Below, piece after piece: positions 8,979-18,746 of a DNA stretch of 64,000 nt (its first letter is position 1; every line of letters begins with the position of its first letter). The notes beneath the pieces were generated by a model. That model ran no database searches. It was given only the letters and a program-made list of their open reading frames with translations, and was not told the DNA's origin. The position numbers and the translations under genes were made by a program. This DNA is from a candidate division WOR-3 bacterium (GTDB taxonomy: Bacteria; SDB-A): assembly GCA_016926475.1 (NCBI GenBank), contig JAFGON010000040.1, forward strand, positions 10,849 to 74,848. The letters are read 5' to 3'.

Positions 8979-11900
8979 TGGGGCACAATATCAACCTGAA
9001 GATTTACGAAGCTTCCGCGGGTTCCGGAAAGACGACGAAATTAGCCTCTGAATACATCACGCAGTTGTTCAAATCATTCAAGCCTTTGTTCAGAGACAAC
9101 AGCCCTGATAAGACCTACACCGACAAAAACCTCGAAGAGTTCAGAAAAACCCTGAGTTCAATATTGGCGGTGACTTTCACGAATTTGGCTTCCGAGCAGA
9201 TGGGGGAGAGAATTCTCGACTATCTCTATAAATTCCGCGAAATTGAAAACTACAAAACCGATGTAGTAGAAAAGGTTTTTCGGGAAGTCTCGGATAAATC
9301 CGGGGTAAGACCTGAAGACATAAAAAAATGGTCCTCATTTTTTCTCGATTTCATAATTACCTGTTATTCGGATTTCAAAGCGACCACAATAGATTCTTTC
9401 TCCGCCACACTTGTTAAAGTCCTCTCGCCCGAGATAGATGGAATCACTCCAGATTTTAAAATCAGAGAGAGCTTTGGAGAAAACTTAAAAGAGTTGATTC
9501 GCCGTTTTCTTGAAGACAAAGTCCGGGAAGACTGGCCAGAAGTCGAATTATCCCTGATAAACCTTTCCGAGATAGAGAGCAAGAACAATTATAACTACGA
9601 CAATTTGCTGACGGATAAAATCTACCAAATATTTGAAAAATTCAAAGACTTAAAAAAAATTGATGTCACAGAGTTGAACAAAGATTTGGATATGTTTTCA
9701 GAAGAAATCCAGAAAACTTCAGAACCACTTTTTGGATTCATTGAAAAGAACTCTGGCGGAATTAATAAGAAAAAAATCAGCGAAAATATTCTTGAAAAAT
9801 TGGGAGAACTCGGAAAAGCTAAAAAAAGAGAATTAAAATCAAAAGTACCTTTTTTTGCAGAAAAGACCATTTGCCGTGACAATTCACAGGATTTATTAAA
9901 CACCGGTTATAAAAATTTAGACTCTGAGTTTGAAGAATATTTAAAAGCTTTCAGATTTGCGGTTGGAAAGTTCGTCTTCTGCTTAAACAAACTCAAAATA
10001 GCCCATTTTGCCAATTTAACTGTAGAGTTTTCGGAGGTTTTTGACAGCAGAAAAAAAGACGTTGTGTATCTCTATGAAATATCGAATATTTTAAAAGAGA
10101 AACTGAACGTCGAATCGATGCCGTATTTATACTTAAAACTTTCCGAAAAATATTTGCGCTTTCTCATCGACGAATTTCAGGACACGAGTTCAAGACAACT
10201 GGATGTTCTCGTTCCCATAGCTTCAAACGCTATTCTATCCGAGAAGGACCAGAGCTCACTTTTCATAGTCGGAGACCAGAAGCAGGCCATATATTTCTGG
10301 CGCGGCGTCCAAATGGGGATGATGGACGAAGACAAAATTGTAAACGATTTTGAGCTAAAAGACGCCTTGGGCAAAAACAGGGGAAGTATAAAGAACAGCC
10401 TCGAATGCAATTTCCGCAGCGATAGAACGCTGGTCGAATTTTTCAACGATTTTTGGAAAAAGGAAAACATGGAAGGTTTGGACTCATACGCTTTGGAAAA
10501 AACTTTCGAAAAAAGCTTTGCGGATGTCAATCAAAAACCCGCGCGTCGAGACATGGTAAGCGGGTATGTAGAGATAAAAAAAATTGACGCACCAGACAAG
10601 GAGACGATATTCGAGGAAATTTTTATGACGGTGGAAAAGATAAAGGCGAAAGGATGGCGAGACGGAGACATAGCGATTCTTTTGAGAAACAAGAGCTATA
10701 TAAAGGATTTGTTTGATTTTTTGACGAAAAAAGGGCTTGAATGCATAACAGACGAATCAACGTATCTTTTGAGTTCACCTCTCGTGGCGGAGATTATTTC
10801 CTTTATGAAATTTTTGGATTTTCCGCCGGACGACCTCAGTTTTATTGAATTTGCCCGTAGCAACCTGCTGAAAAAAGCCGCTGAATCTGTGAACCTTGAT
10901 TACAAATATGAAGATTCCGTATATTTTAAAGCCGAGGGAAGTTTCTACACGATTTTCAGGGAGAAATATTTCCAGGTCTGGAAAATATTCGTCGAGCCCT
11001 TTTTCAATTCTGTGGGGTTCATGACAGCCTATGACGTTTATGAAGACATCATCTATAAGTTCAAGGTAGAGGAAAACTTTCCCGGAAGCTCTTTTTTTAC
11101 AATTAAATTGGGGGAGATCCTACACGACCTTGAAGTGTCAAACAAAACTTCGATATCTTCTTTTTTGTCTTTTATCTATGAAAACGGAGATAGCGAAGCC
11201 GACTTTAAAATCGACATTCCGAAAGATGAGGACAAAATTAAAATATCGACTATACACAGTTCCAAAGGGCTGGAATTCGAAAATGTAATTCTGGATGTCT
11301 CTGAAAAGCTGGTCAAAAGATTTGATGCAATCTACTCAACTGGAGGGCATCTTATTAAAATTCCCAAGGAAGAAGCCAAAGTAGATGTTTGTATGTTCAA
11401 AACTTACATTGAAGAGACTCGAAAAGGCAATACAGGCGAATTGAATTTGCTGTATGTGGCTATGACGAGAGCCAAACACGGATTGTTCATGATCGGCGAT
11501 AAAACAACAAAAAATGCCGAAAAAAAAATACCCGGAAAATTGATGAAATTTCAAGATATTGTATTTGCTAACAGATCAATCAAATTCGAAAATGACGTCT
11601 ACTCATCCGGAGAGATGAGCTTCAAAATTGAAAAGGATGAGAACAAAGAAAGCGTGGAGCTGACAAACGTGCCAAAGAGAAAAAGTGTAAACGAAATCAA
11701 GGACGCCTACCTTGTCTATGAATCAGGCAAAGCTAAGAGCGCCAGCCAGAAAAGAGGAGATGCTATCCACAACGCGCTTTCTCTTCTGGGGGTGTACAAA
11801 GATAAAAACGATTTTAAAAACGCCCTTTCGGAGGCTCTCGATTTGAATCTCCTGTCTGAAGAGGAGAGAAGACTCTTAGAAGATTTTTTTCTCGAAGAGA

Positions 11901-12172
11901 GTGTTGTAAAGTATTACGTCGGAGATTTTCCGGCTTTGAACGAAGCAGAATTCATTTCGGGTAGCGGCGATATAATGAGGCCCGACAGGATAGCCAAGAT
12001 GAGGGATTGTGTTTGGATAATAGACTACAAGACGGGAAAAGAGTACGAGTCAGAACACAGAAAACAGCTTGAGAAATACCGCGAAAACCTGAAAAAAGTT
12101 TACGCCGGATTAGAAATCAAGGCATGCCTTTTATACCTCGATAAAAAAGAAATGGTCTATGTCGAAAGTTGA
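8978..12172 (+). CDS. addA: AddA-like ATP-dependent helicase/nuclease (UvrD-type helicase with C-terminal RecB-family PD-(D/E)xK nuclease)
   Basis: Walker A KIYEASAGSGKTT, characteristic of AddA/UvrD. The C-terminal WIIDYKTGK is the RecB-type nuclease motif. The ATG overlaps the upstream stop (TGATG). Confidence 0.8.
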   Translation: MGHNINLKIYEASAGSGKTTKLASEYITQLFKSFKPLFRDNSPDKTYTDKNLEEFRKTLSSILAVTFTNLASEQMGERILDYLYKFREIENYKTDVVEKVFREVSDKSGVRPEDIKKWSSFFLDFIITCYSDFKATTIDSFSATLVKVLSPEIDGITPDFKIRESFGENLKELIRRFLEDKVREDWPEVELSLINLSEIESKNNYNYDNLLTDKIYQIFEKFKDLKKIDVTELNKDLDMFSEEIQKTSEPLFGFIEKNSGGINKKKISENILEKLGELGKAKKRELKSKVPFFAEKTICRDNSQDLLNTGYKNLDSEFEEYLKAFRFAVGKFVFCLNKLKIAHFANLTVEFSEVFDSRKKDVVYLYEISNILKEKLNVESMPYLYLKLSEKYLRFLIDEFQDTSSRQLDVLVPIASNAILSEKDQSSLFIVGDQKQAIYFWRGVQMGMMDEDKIVNDFELKDALGKNRGSIKNSLECNFRSDRTLVEFFNDFWKKENMEGLDSYALEKTFEKSFADVNQKPARRDMVSGYVEIKKIDAPDKETIFEEIFMTVEKIKAKGWRDGDIAILLRNKSYIKDLFDFLTKKGLECITDESTYLLSSPLVAEIISFMKFLDFPPDDLSFIEFARSNLLKKAAESVNLDYKYEDSVYFKAEGSFYTIFREKYFQVWKIFVEPFFNSVGFMTAYDVYEDIIYKFKVEENFPGSSFFTIKLGEILHDLEVSNKTSISSFLSFIYENGDSEADFKIDIPKDEDKIKISTIHSSKGLEFENVILDVSEKLVKRFDAIYSTGGHLIKIPKEEAKVDVCMFKTYIEETRKGNTGELNLLYVAMTRAKHGLFMIGDKTTKNAEKKIPGKLMKFQDIVFANRSIKFENDVYSSGEMSFKIEKDENKESVELTNVPKRKSVNEIKDAYLVYESGKAKSASQKRGDAIHNALSLLGVYKDKNDFKNALSEALDLNLLSEEERRLLEDFFLEESVVKYYVGDFPALNEAEFISGSGDIMRPDRIAKMRDCVWIIDYKTGKEYESEHRKQLEKYRENLKKVYAGLEIKACLLYLDKKEMVYVES

Positions 12173-15038
12173 AATTATCGATTTCGGAAAGAGTTTAATC
12201 GATCGAACGGCGGAAATCGCAATCGAAAACGATTTAAAAAATATTTTCATTTTGTATCCGTCAAAGAGGTTTGAAGTCTTTCTAAAAGAAGAGTTCAAAA
12301 AAAGGTTGAAAACCGTCCGTTTTCTGCCGAGGATGGACACGATAGACGAATTTGTGATGAGGCTCTACCAAATGAACCAGCCGGGCTTCAAAATCGCCTC
12401 TGAAATCGAAACTTCTTTTGTGCTATGGAAAACGCTCAAAGAAATTTCGCCGGATGGAATGTATTTGGGGAAAAAAGAGATTTCGAATTTCGTATCCTTT
12501 TATCCATGGGCTTTGAAACTGAAAAAATCTGTCGAGCAGATCCTCGTGGAGTCGGAAAATTTACCTGATCAAAACGCCGTCTATGAAAAATTCGTAGAGA
12601 TGGGCGAATATTTCAGGGAATACAGGGATTTTATAGCGAATTTGCCCCTTGTTGTAAACGCTTACGTCCAAGCGCACAACGAAATGAAGCTGTTCACGAG
12701 GGGTGTAGCTTACAGGGGTTTAACCGGAGAGAAGTGTCTTGATGTCTTGAAAGCTTGGGATTTGAAAAGTTTCGTGTTTTCAGGCTTCAACGCCTTGAAT
12801 TTCGCTGAAAAACTCCTTGTAGAAAACATTTTAAAAAATTTTGAGAATTCGATTTTTCTCGTCAGATATCAAAAACCGGATAAAACCGAGTCCCTATCTC
12901 CCTTCAGGACAATTTCCGAGACAGTCCGGAGTTTGAAGGGGGGGTTTAGAGCCGATGTCGGAAAGTCAGAGGTTTTCAGATATTCTGACATAGTGGATAA
13001 AACCGAGGTCTATTCTTCTTCTAACGTGGAGCACGAGATGATTCTCATGCATGACGTCCTTTTGGATTATCTCCAGACTAACAAGAGTTCACGTAGGATA
13101 GGCGTTTTGCTTCCGGAACCTTCTTCTCTTATACCTTTTGTCGAAAACGTATTGACCCGCGTCGACCCTGAAAACGCGGACATGAAATTCAACATAACAC
13201 TCGATTATCCTTTCCAGAGGACTCCGCTATTCCAGCTCCTGGACTCAATTCTTTTAATATCACAAAGTGTCGAAAATGGATTTATACCGACATCTTTATA
13301 CCTCGAGATGATAAGGCATCCTTATATAAAATTAGCCCAAAAATCAGAAAACACTGATTCTCAAAGGATACAGATACACAGGTTTGAGAGCCATGTGATA
13401 GACCTGAACGTCCTGGAACTCGAGCTTGGAGAAGACGGTGATTTTTTGAACATTAAAAATTTCAGCCAGAACTACGAGTATCTCAGGGGCATAAACCGCA
13501 GGTTTCTTCCGGGAAAAAACGAGAGTGTTTCCGATCTTTGCAGGCGTTTGTTGGATTGCCTACTCTTCATAAACCAGAGCCGCAATTCATACCTGTTCTT
13601 CAGAGATTTTTTGAATTCAGCCCAAATAATTCTCGACGAGGTCTTGGAATTCATTGAAAAACAACCCGATTTAGCGCATTTCAAAGATCCGCATAAAAAC
13701 GCCGATTTCATTAGATATCAGCTCTTGAACATACCCGTTCAATTCACAGGCACTCCGCTTGAGGGCATCCAGGTAATGGGGGCTCTGGAGTTCAGGAACC
13801 TCGATTTCGACGCCGTCTTTATTGCTGACTGCGTCGAAGGAATCATGCCTGACTCTTCGAAATACGACCCGGTACTACCCGGAGATATCAAAGAGATTTT
13901 CAAGCTTAGGTCGTATGGTGAATGGGAGAGCATATACGCTTCGAATTTGTTTTCAATTCTGCTTTCCAGTAAAACGGTGAAAATTTTTTACCCTGAGAAA
14001 ATGAGGGAGCAGAGAACAAAAAGGAGCAGGTTTATAGAGAAAATTTGTTTCAGCGACAAAAGGAGAGCGAAGCCAATCGTGAAAAAGATGAACTTTTCGA
14101 TATCGAAAACCGAAAAGATTCTTGAGGTCGAAAAGACAAAAGAAATCAAAGAAAAAATACTCCAAAGAGGGTTTTCTCCAAGCGCGTTTGAAGACTATAT
14201 ATCCTGCCCGATAAAATTTTATTTCAAGAGAATCCTGAATCTTGAAGAGAGGCAGACGCTGGAAGAAGAACCCGACGCCGCTGGAATAGGGACGATTGTC
14301 CACGAATCCTTAAGGGAATTCTACCAAGAAAGAAAAAACGTCAAAACACCGGAAGACATAACCGAGATACTGAAAAAAAACTTTATGGAACAAAACATTG
14401 AAGTTGAAAGCGGGTTGGGAAAAATAAAATTCTGGGGAGTTGATAGAAACCTGAAAAAATTTTTAAGCTGGGACATGGAGAATCAGAACAGAGAAGAAAT
14501 TGAAATTTTACAACTTGAAAAAGAGATAAAAGCGGATTTTGAATTTGAAGAGCAGACGGTTTCATTCAAGGGAAAAGTCGACCGAGTTGAAAAGGTAAAA
14601 GACGAATTGTTTATCTGCGACTACAAGACGAAAGAGAAAATTGTAAAATTGTTCCTCAAAAATTATTTGGAATTTGATGTCCCCCGACTAAAAGAGATCA
14701 CAGACCCTTGTCAATACAGAAAACATTTCAGAAATTTGTCCAATATGTGTAAATGTCATCAGGTAATGATTTATATCGAGATGTGGTCAAAGAATGAAAG
14801 TGAGCAAAAGGGAGAGCTAAACGGCAAATACTATTTTCTGAAAGAAAAAGACAAGGATGTCCAGAAAATTGTCTTGGAGAAAAGTAAAATTGAGTATCGT
14901 GAAAAATATTTGGAGATATTCAAAAGCTTCATGGATGATTTGCTTTTTGGCGACAAGTTTATAACGGTTCCCCATAAAGATGTTTGCATGTATTGCCCGT
15001 TTGAAAATCTCTGTCAAGTCGAAATAAGTCAAAATTAG
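12159..15038 (+). CDS. addB: AddB-like helicase-nuclease subunit (RecB-family nuclease with C-terminal Cys cluster)
   Basis: Overlaps addA by 14 nt. FICDYKTKEK nuclease motif near the C-terminus. Cys residues (CQYRK..., CMYCPFENLC) are consistent with the AddB Fe-S staple. It is large and follows addA directly. Confidence 0.6.
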   Translation: MSKVEIIDFGKSLIDRTAEIAIENDLKNIFILYPSKRFEVFLKEEFKKRLKTVRFLPRMDTIDEFVMRLYQMNQPGFKIASEIETSFVLWKTLKEISPDGMYLGKKEISNFVSFYPWALKLKKSVEQILVESENLPDQNAVYEKFVEMGEYFREYRDFIANLPLVVNAYVQAHNEMKLFTRGVAYRGLTGEKCLDVLKAWDLKSFVFSGFNALNFAEKLLVENILKNFENSIFLVRYQKPDKTESLSPFRTISETVRSLKGGFRADVGKSEVFRYSDIVDKTEVYSSSNVEHEMILMHDVLLDYLQTNKSSRRIGVLLPEPSSLIPFVENVLTRVDPENADMKFNITLDYPFQRTPLFQLLDSILLISQSVENGFIPTSLYLEMIRHPYIKLAQKSENTDSQRIQIHRFESHVIDLNVLELELGEDGDFLNIKNFSQNYEYLRGINRRFLPGKNESVSDLCRRLLDCLLFINQSRNSYLFFRDFLNSAQIILDEVLEFIEKQPDLAHFKDPHKNADFIRYQLLNIPVQFTGTPLEGIQVMGALEFRNLDFDAVFIADCVEGIMPDSSKYDPVLPGDIKEIFKLRSYGEWESIYASNLFSILLSSKTVKIFYPEKMREQRTKRSRFIEKICFSDKRRAKPIVKKMNFSISKTEKILEVEKTKEIKEKILQRGFSPSAFEDYISCPIKFYFKRILNLEERQTLEEEPDAAGIGTIVHESLREFYQERKNVKTPEDITEILKKNFMEQNIEVESGLGKIKFWGVDRNLKKFLSWDMENQNREEIEILQLEKEIKADFEFEEQTVSFKGKVDRVEKVKDELFICDYKTKEKIVKLFLKNYLEFDVPRLKEITDPCQYRKHFRNLSNMCKCHQVMIYIEMWSKNESEQKGELNGKYYFLKEKDKDVQKIVLEKSKIEYREKYLEIFKSFMDDLLFGDKFITVPHKDVCMYCPFENLCQVEISQN

Positions 15039-15074
15039 GTTTAAAAAAACAACCACAACTTGTAAAATGCTAAA

Positions 15075-16487
15075 ATGTCTTCAGAATATTACGTTTCCAA
15101 TAAGTCTATTTCGGTCAGGCTTTTAGGCGAAAGCGACGCCCAGCTTTTTCAGCCTGACACAGGCTCTAAAATATATCTCAATCAGACCGGGCTTTTCATT
15201 TGGAAGTTACTCGACGGCGGTAATTCAAGGGTTGAAATTGTCAACGCTGTTCAGAATGAATTTGACGCTCCCGACAGCAAGGAACTCGACTCCGATATAG
15301 GGCAATTTCTGAGCGGTCTCGAAGAAAAGGGGTATGCCCATTCACGGAATTTTCTTAGAAGAGAACCCAGAAGCACCTATTTCATTCATGAAAATGAAGC
15401 GCCCAGGTCAATTGACATATCTGTTACGAAAAATTGCAACCTGAACTGCAAGTATTGTTTTTATCGCGAAGAGATGAAAAATAGGGAAGACCTGCCCCTT
15501 TCGGAATGGGAGAAGTTTTTGGAGGAGCTTAAAAGCCTTGCGGTCGAAGAAGTCGTGCTGAGTGGTGGAGAGGTTTTTTGCAGAAAAGATCTCTGGGATT
15601 TCATCGATTTGATCGTGGAAAGCAACCTCAGGTATTCGTTTCTTTCAAACGGAACGTTGTTCGACGATTCTGTTCTCAGCGAGCTCGAGAAGGATGGGCG
15701 TAAAAAGAGGCTATCGAGCATACAAATCTCAATAGACGGTTCAAAGGCGGAAGTTCACGATATGTCGAGAGGGAAAGGAAGTTTTGAAAAGGCTGTAAGG
15801 GGTCTGAAAAACGCCATGGGTGCCGGATTAAACGTCACGGTGAGGTTGACGGTAAACAGACACAACCTCGGCGACCTCGAAGAAGCCGCGAAATTCCTGC
15901 TGGTCGATATCGGACTTCCATCTTTCAGCACCAACGACGCGATTCCTCTCGGGGCGGCGTGCTGGAACAAAGACACGATAACACTCGATCCTTTAATGCA
16001 GTTTGAGGCGATGAAAACCCTCGGAAAACTTCAAAAACAATATGACAACAGAATCACGGCGATGGCAGGGCCTTTGGCGAAATGGCATCTTTACCGAAAG
16101 ATGGAGAGGATGAAAAGGCAAGGCGAAAAACCAGAGCCCTGGATGGGATATTTGACGGGATGCGGATGTCCTTTCAGCAAATTGGCAGTTCACCACGACG
16201 GTGTATTTATTCCATGCAATATGCTCTCGAAAATTGAACTTGGCCAGATGAACAAAGATTCTCTGAAAGATGTTTGGATCAACAGCCCTATTTTGAAGAG
16301 GATGAGGGAGAGGCGAAGAGTGCCTATGAAAGAAGTCCCGGGCTGTGAAAACTGCGAGTACAATTTGTATTGCAACGGCAGCTGTCCAGCTTTGGCCGGA
16401 GTGACTGCTGAAAATTTTATCCTTCCAAACCTCTTCGACTGTTACAAGAAATTCAAAGAAGATACAGGCCGGAATCTTGACGAATAA
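15075..16487 (+). CDS. Radical SAM/SPASM peptide maturase with N-terminal PqqD-like RiPP recognition element
   Basis: The N-terminal ~90 aa (KIYLNQTGLFIWKLLDGGNSRVEIVNAVQNEFD...FLSGLEEKGY) match the PqqD/RRE fold signature. CNLNCKYCF is the CxxxCxxC radical-SAM cluster. The C-terminus has a Cys-rich SPASM-type region (GCGCPFSK...IPCNML...CENCEYNLYCNGSCPA). Confidence 0.85.
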   Translation: MSSEYYVSNKSISVRLLGESDAQLFQPDTGSKIYLNQTGLFIWKLLDGGNSRVEIVNAVQNEFDAPDSKELDSDIGQFLSGLEEKGYAHSRNFLRREPRSTYFIHENEAPRSIDISVTKNCNLNCKYCFYREEMKNREDLPLSEWEKFLEELKSLAVEEVVLSGGEVFCRKDLWDFIDLIVESNLRYSFLSNGTLFDDSVLSELEKDGRKKRLSSIQISIDGSKAEVHDMSRGKGSFEKAVRGLKNAMGAGLNVTVRLTVNRHNLGDLEEAAKFLLVDIGLPSFSTNDAIPLGAACWNKDTITLDPLMQFEAMKTLGKLQKQYDNRITAMAGPLAKWHLYRKMERMKRQGEKPEPWMGYLTGCGCPFSKLAVHHDGVFIPCNMLSKIELGQMNKDSLKDVWINSPILKRMRERRRVPMKEVPGCENCEYNLYCNGSCPALAGVTAENFILPNLFDCYKKFKEDTGRNLDE

Positions 16488-17535
16488 GTTTTACCCTCTT
16501 AAAACGATCTACATGTATCTGATGGGCAGCTGCAACCTAAAATGCAGACATTGCTGGATTGACCCGGATTTTGTGGATGTCCCGCAGAAATACTTGACTT
16601 GGACTGAAATTAAGAGGATCTACCAGGAAGCAAAAATAATAGGCCTGTCTTCAGTTAAATTGACCGGGGGGGAACCTTTCCTTCATCCTGAAATTCTCCA
16701 GATAATAACTGGAATAAAAGAACTCGGACTTGGTTTGACCATAGAGACAAACGGTACTTTGTTGGATGATGAGAGAGTGCATGCGCTGAAAAAACACGCG
16801 AATTTCGTCGCCATTTCCATAGACGGCGCTGAACCCAACAGTCATGAAGACCTTAGGGGTGTCGAAGGCTCTTTTGACGCAGTCTTAAAAGGCGCGGGAC
16901 TGCTAAAAAAAGAAGGCTTGGGGTTTCAAGTCATATTTTCTCTCTACAGGAAAAATCTCCGGGATCTTTTTTTGATGCCCAGCTTTGTCGAAGGAATAGG
17001 AGGCGCAAGCCTCAAGGTAAATCCGATCAACGTCGTAGCGAGATCTGAAAAAATGGAAAGAGACGGAGAACTGTTTTCTGTAGAAGAAATTTTAGAAATA
17101 AAAAATGATTTTGACCGTATATCAAAAAAATCAAAACTGACGATAACATTCGATGTGCCTGCCGCTTTTCATAGTCTTGAGCACATTTCGAAACAGGGAT
17201 TTGGAACGTGCGGAATCCTGACTATTTTGGGGATACTCAGCGACGGAACGGCGAGTATCTGCGGCATAGGATCGGTTAAAAAAGAACTCGATTTCGGAAA
17301 TTGCCTCGACCGAGGAATTGAGAATATATGGCGTGAAAATGACACTCTGAATATGCTCAGAGAGAATATACCTCATAACCTGCAGGGTGTATGCATGAGG
17401 TGTGTCCACAAGCATTACTGCCTGGGCAAGTGCGTAGCGGAAACATACGCCAGAACGGGCAGTTTTTTGTCAGGTTATTATTTCTGCCAGATAGCTCAGG
17501 AAAAAGGACTTTTCCCCCCTACGCGACTTTTATGA
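16477..17535 (+). CDS. Second radical SAM/SPASM-domain protein (no RRE)
   Basis: GSCNLKCRHCWI is a CxxxCxxC motif. GGEPFLHPE is a glycine-rich SAM motif. C-terminal Cys clusters (GTCGIL...ICGIG, CMRCVHKHYCLGKCVA). Overlaps the upstream gene by 11 nt and the downstream gene by ATGA. Confidence 0.8.
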   Translation: MTNKFYPLKTIYMYLMGSCNLKCRHCWIDPDFVDVPQKYLTWTEIKRIYQEAKIIGLSSVKLTGGEPFLHPEILQIITGIKELGLGLTIETNGTLLDDERVHALKKHANFVAISIDGAEPNSHEDLRGVEGSFDAVLKGAGLLKKEGLGFQVIFSLYRKNLRDLFLMPSFVEGIGGASLKVNPINVVARSEKMERDGELFSVEEILEIKNDFDRISKKSKLTITFDVPAAFHSLEHISKQGFGTCGILTILGILSDGTASICGIGSVKKELDFGNCLDRGIENIWRENDTLNMLRENIPHNLQGVCMRCVHKHYCLGKCVAETYARTGSFLSGYYFCQIAQEKGLFPPTRLL

Positions 17536-18404
17536 AAGACAAGCCATCATCGGATATAGCGGTTTTTGTGCTATCGGGAGAAAGTATGAAACCGCTTATG
17601 AAGACCGGCGATGTTTTCATGGCTTCAAAAGTTTTTCCGGAGAAATTGAAATACGGCGACATAGTCGTCTTTGAAAAAAATGGAAAACTCGTATCTCACT
17701 CAATCATCAAAGTGAAAAGAGAAGGAACGGATATCAAAGTCTTGACAAAGGGTTTGAACAGAAACGAGGACGACGGATGGACAGATGGGGATGTTTTGAA
17801 ATTCGAAGTCGAAGCCCTGAAAAAGGGGAAACATTTTTTGGGTTTAAACCGGACAAAAAAGACATTTTATTGTGCGTTGGCGCCGTTGAGGAAAAAAATC
17901 CGCAACTGTCTTTTTGAGTTTTCTGTTAAAATTTCGCCACTGTTTCGATTTATGATGAAAAAAGGGCTGATAAAGGTAAAAAAAATTATGTCTCAAGACG
18001 AAGAATTAGTGGTATTATGGGACAGAAGTGTTTTGAAAAGAAGGGGCGATAATAGAGAAATACACCCCTTTTTTAGAAAAGGCGCGGTGAAAGAAGAGGA
18101 TTTAATGGAGTCTGCAGAAAAACAAGGCAAGACAGGTAACGTTTATATGAACCCTGATCTGGTTTTCAGAATTGAGGGAGACGAGGGTCTTGTATATAAT
18201 GTGAAAACAGGTGATTTTAGAATAATAAACGAGACGGGTTGCGCGATTTTAAAACTCGCCAACGGAAACTTCGACAAGAAAGGAATAATAGACCTTATAC
18301 TTGAAGAATACGAATCAAAGGACCAAGAAGAGATGATGGTAAAAGAGGTGGGTGAATTTATTGACGATTTATCAAAACGAGATATAATAAGATTGATTGA
18401 TTGA
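17532..18404 (+). CDS. Soluble SipW/S26-like (clan SF) serine peptidase fused to a C-terminal PqqD-like RRE domain
   Basis: SGESMKPLMKTGDVF is SPase box B with a Ser nucleophile. YGDIVVF, VSHSIIKV and TKGLNRNEDDG parallel the SipW-type HRV/TKGDNN boxes. There is no N-terminal TM anchor. The C-terminal LVYNVKTGDFRIINETGCAILKLANGNFDKKGIIDLILEEYE is PqqD-like. Confidence 0.65.
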   Translation: MKDKPSSDIAVFVLSGESMKPLMKTGDVFMASKVFPEKLKYGDIVVFEKNGKLVSHSIIKVKREGTDIKVLTKGLNRNEDDGWTDGDVLKFEVEALKKGKHFLGLNRTKKTFYCALAPLRKKIRNCLFEFSVKISPLFRFMMKKGLIKVKKIMSQDEELVVLWDRSVLKRRGDNREIHPFFRKGAVKEEDLMESAEKQGKTGNVYMNPDLVFRIEGDEGLVYNVKTGDFRIINETGCAILKLANGNFDKKGIIDLILEEYESKDQEEMMVKEVGEFIDDLSKRDIIRLID

Positions 18405-18423
18405 TTAATTAATTGGGGGAAAT

Positions 18424-18720
18424 ATGAAAAAGAAATACATAAAACCTTCTATTTTAGATTTTAAACCAAGGGTTGCCCAGGGAAATCTTTTTTCGGGAAC
18501 CAACACCAGCAGCCCGGAAGGCGGCTGTACAGCTGGTTCAGCGGCTGATTATTGCAATTATGGACAAATGGCGACCGGTTTTTCTGATTGCGCCAACGGT
18601 TCTGGCGCTATGGACTGCACGCAGGGCGCTTTGGCGAGTGGAAATCTATGCGCCACGGGCACGAACGCGACAGGAGGCGGAGGAGGATTTTGCGCTTCAG
18701 GGTCAAGCCCTCTCGCTTGA
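18424..18720 (+). CDS. Putative RiPP precursor peptide A1 (Cys-rich, Gly/Ser/Ala/Thr-rich core)
   Basis: 98 aa. Strong RBS (tggggg). Leader MKKKYIKPSILDF..LFS..SPEG, then a core with 7 Cys at ~9-13-residue spacing and GGGGGF. It is paralogous to 19750..20040. Confidence 0.6.
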   Translation: MKKKYIKPSILDFKPRVAQGNLFSGTNTSSPEGGCTAGSAADYCNYGQMATGFSDCANGSGAMDCTQGALASGNLCATGTNATGGGGGFCASGSSPLA

Positions 18721-18746
18721 TGTGAAGGTTTAAAAAAGCTAATTGC

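Noticed and set aside
17391-17531. N-terminal extension of the peptidase ORF (track start 17391)
   Set aside because: It overlaps the end of rSAM2 in another frame and encodes non-homologous sequence. The in-frame ATG at 17532 makes an ATGA overlap with the rSAM2 stop and starts the S26-like domain.
18473-18733. 86-aa ORF overlapping precursor A1 in another frame
   Set aside because: It is an alternative frame of a GC-rich Cys/Gly-coding stretch with no RBS. The paralogue conservation supports the A1 frame.
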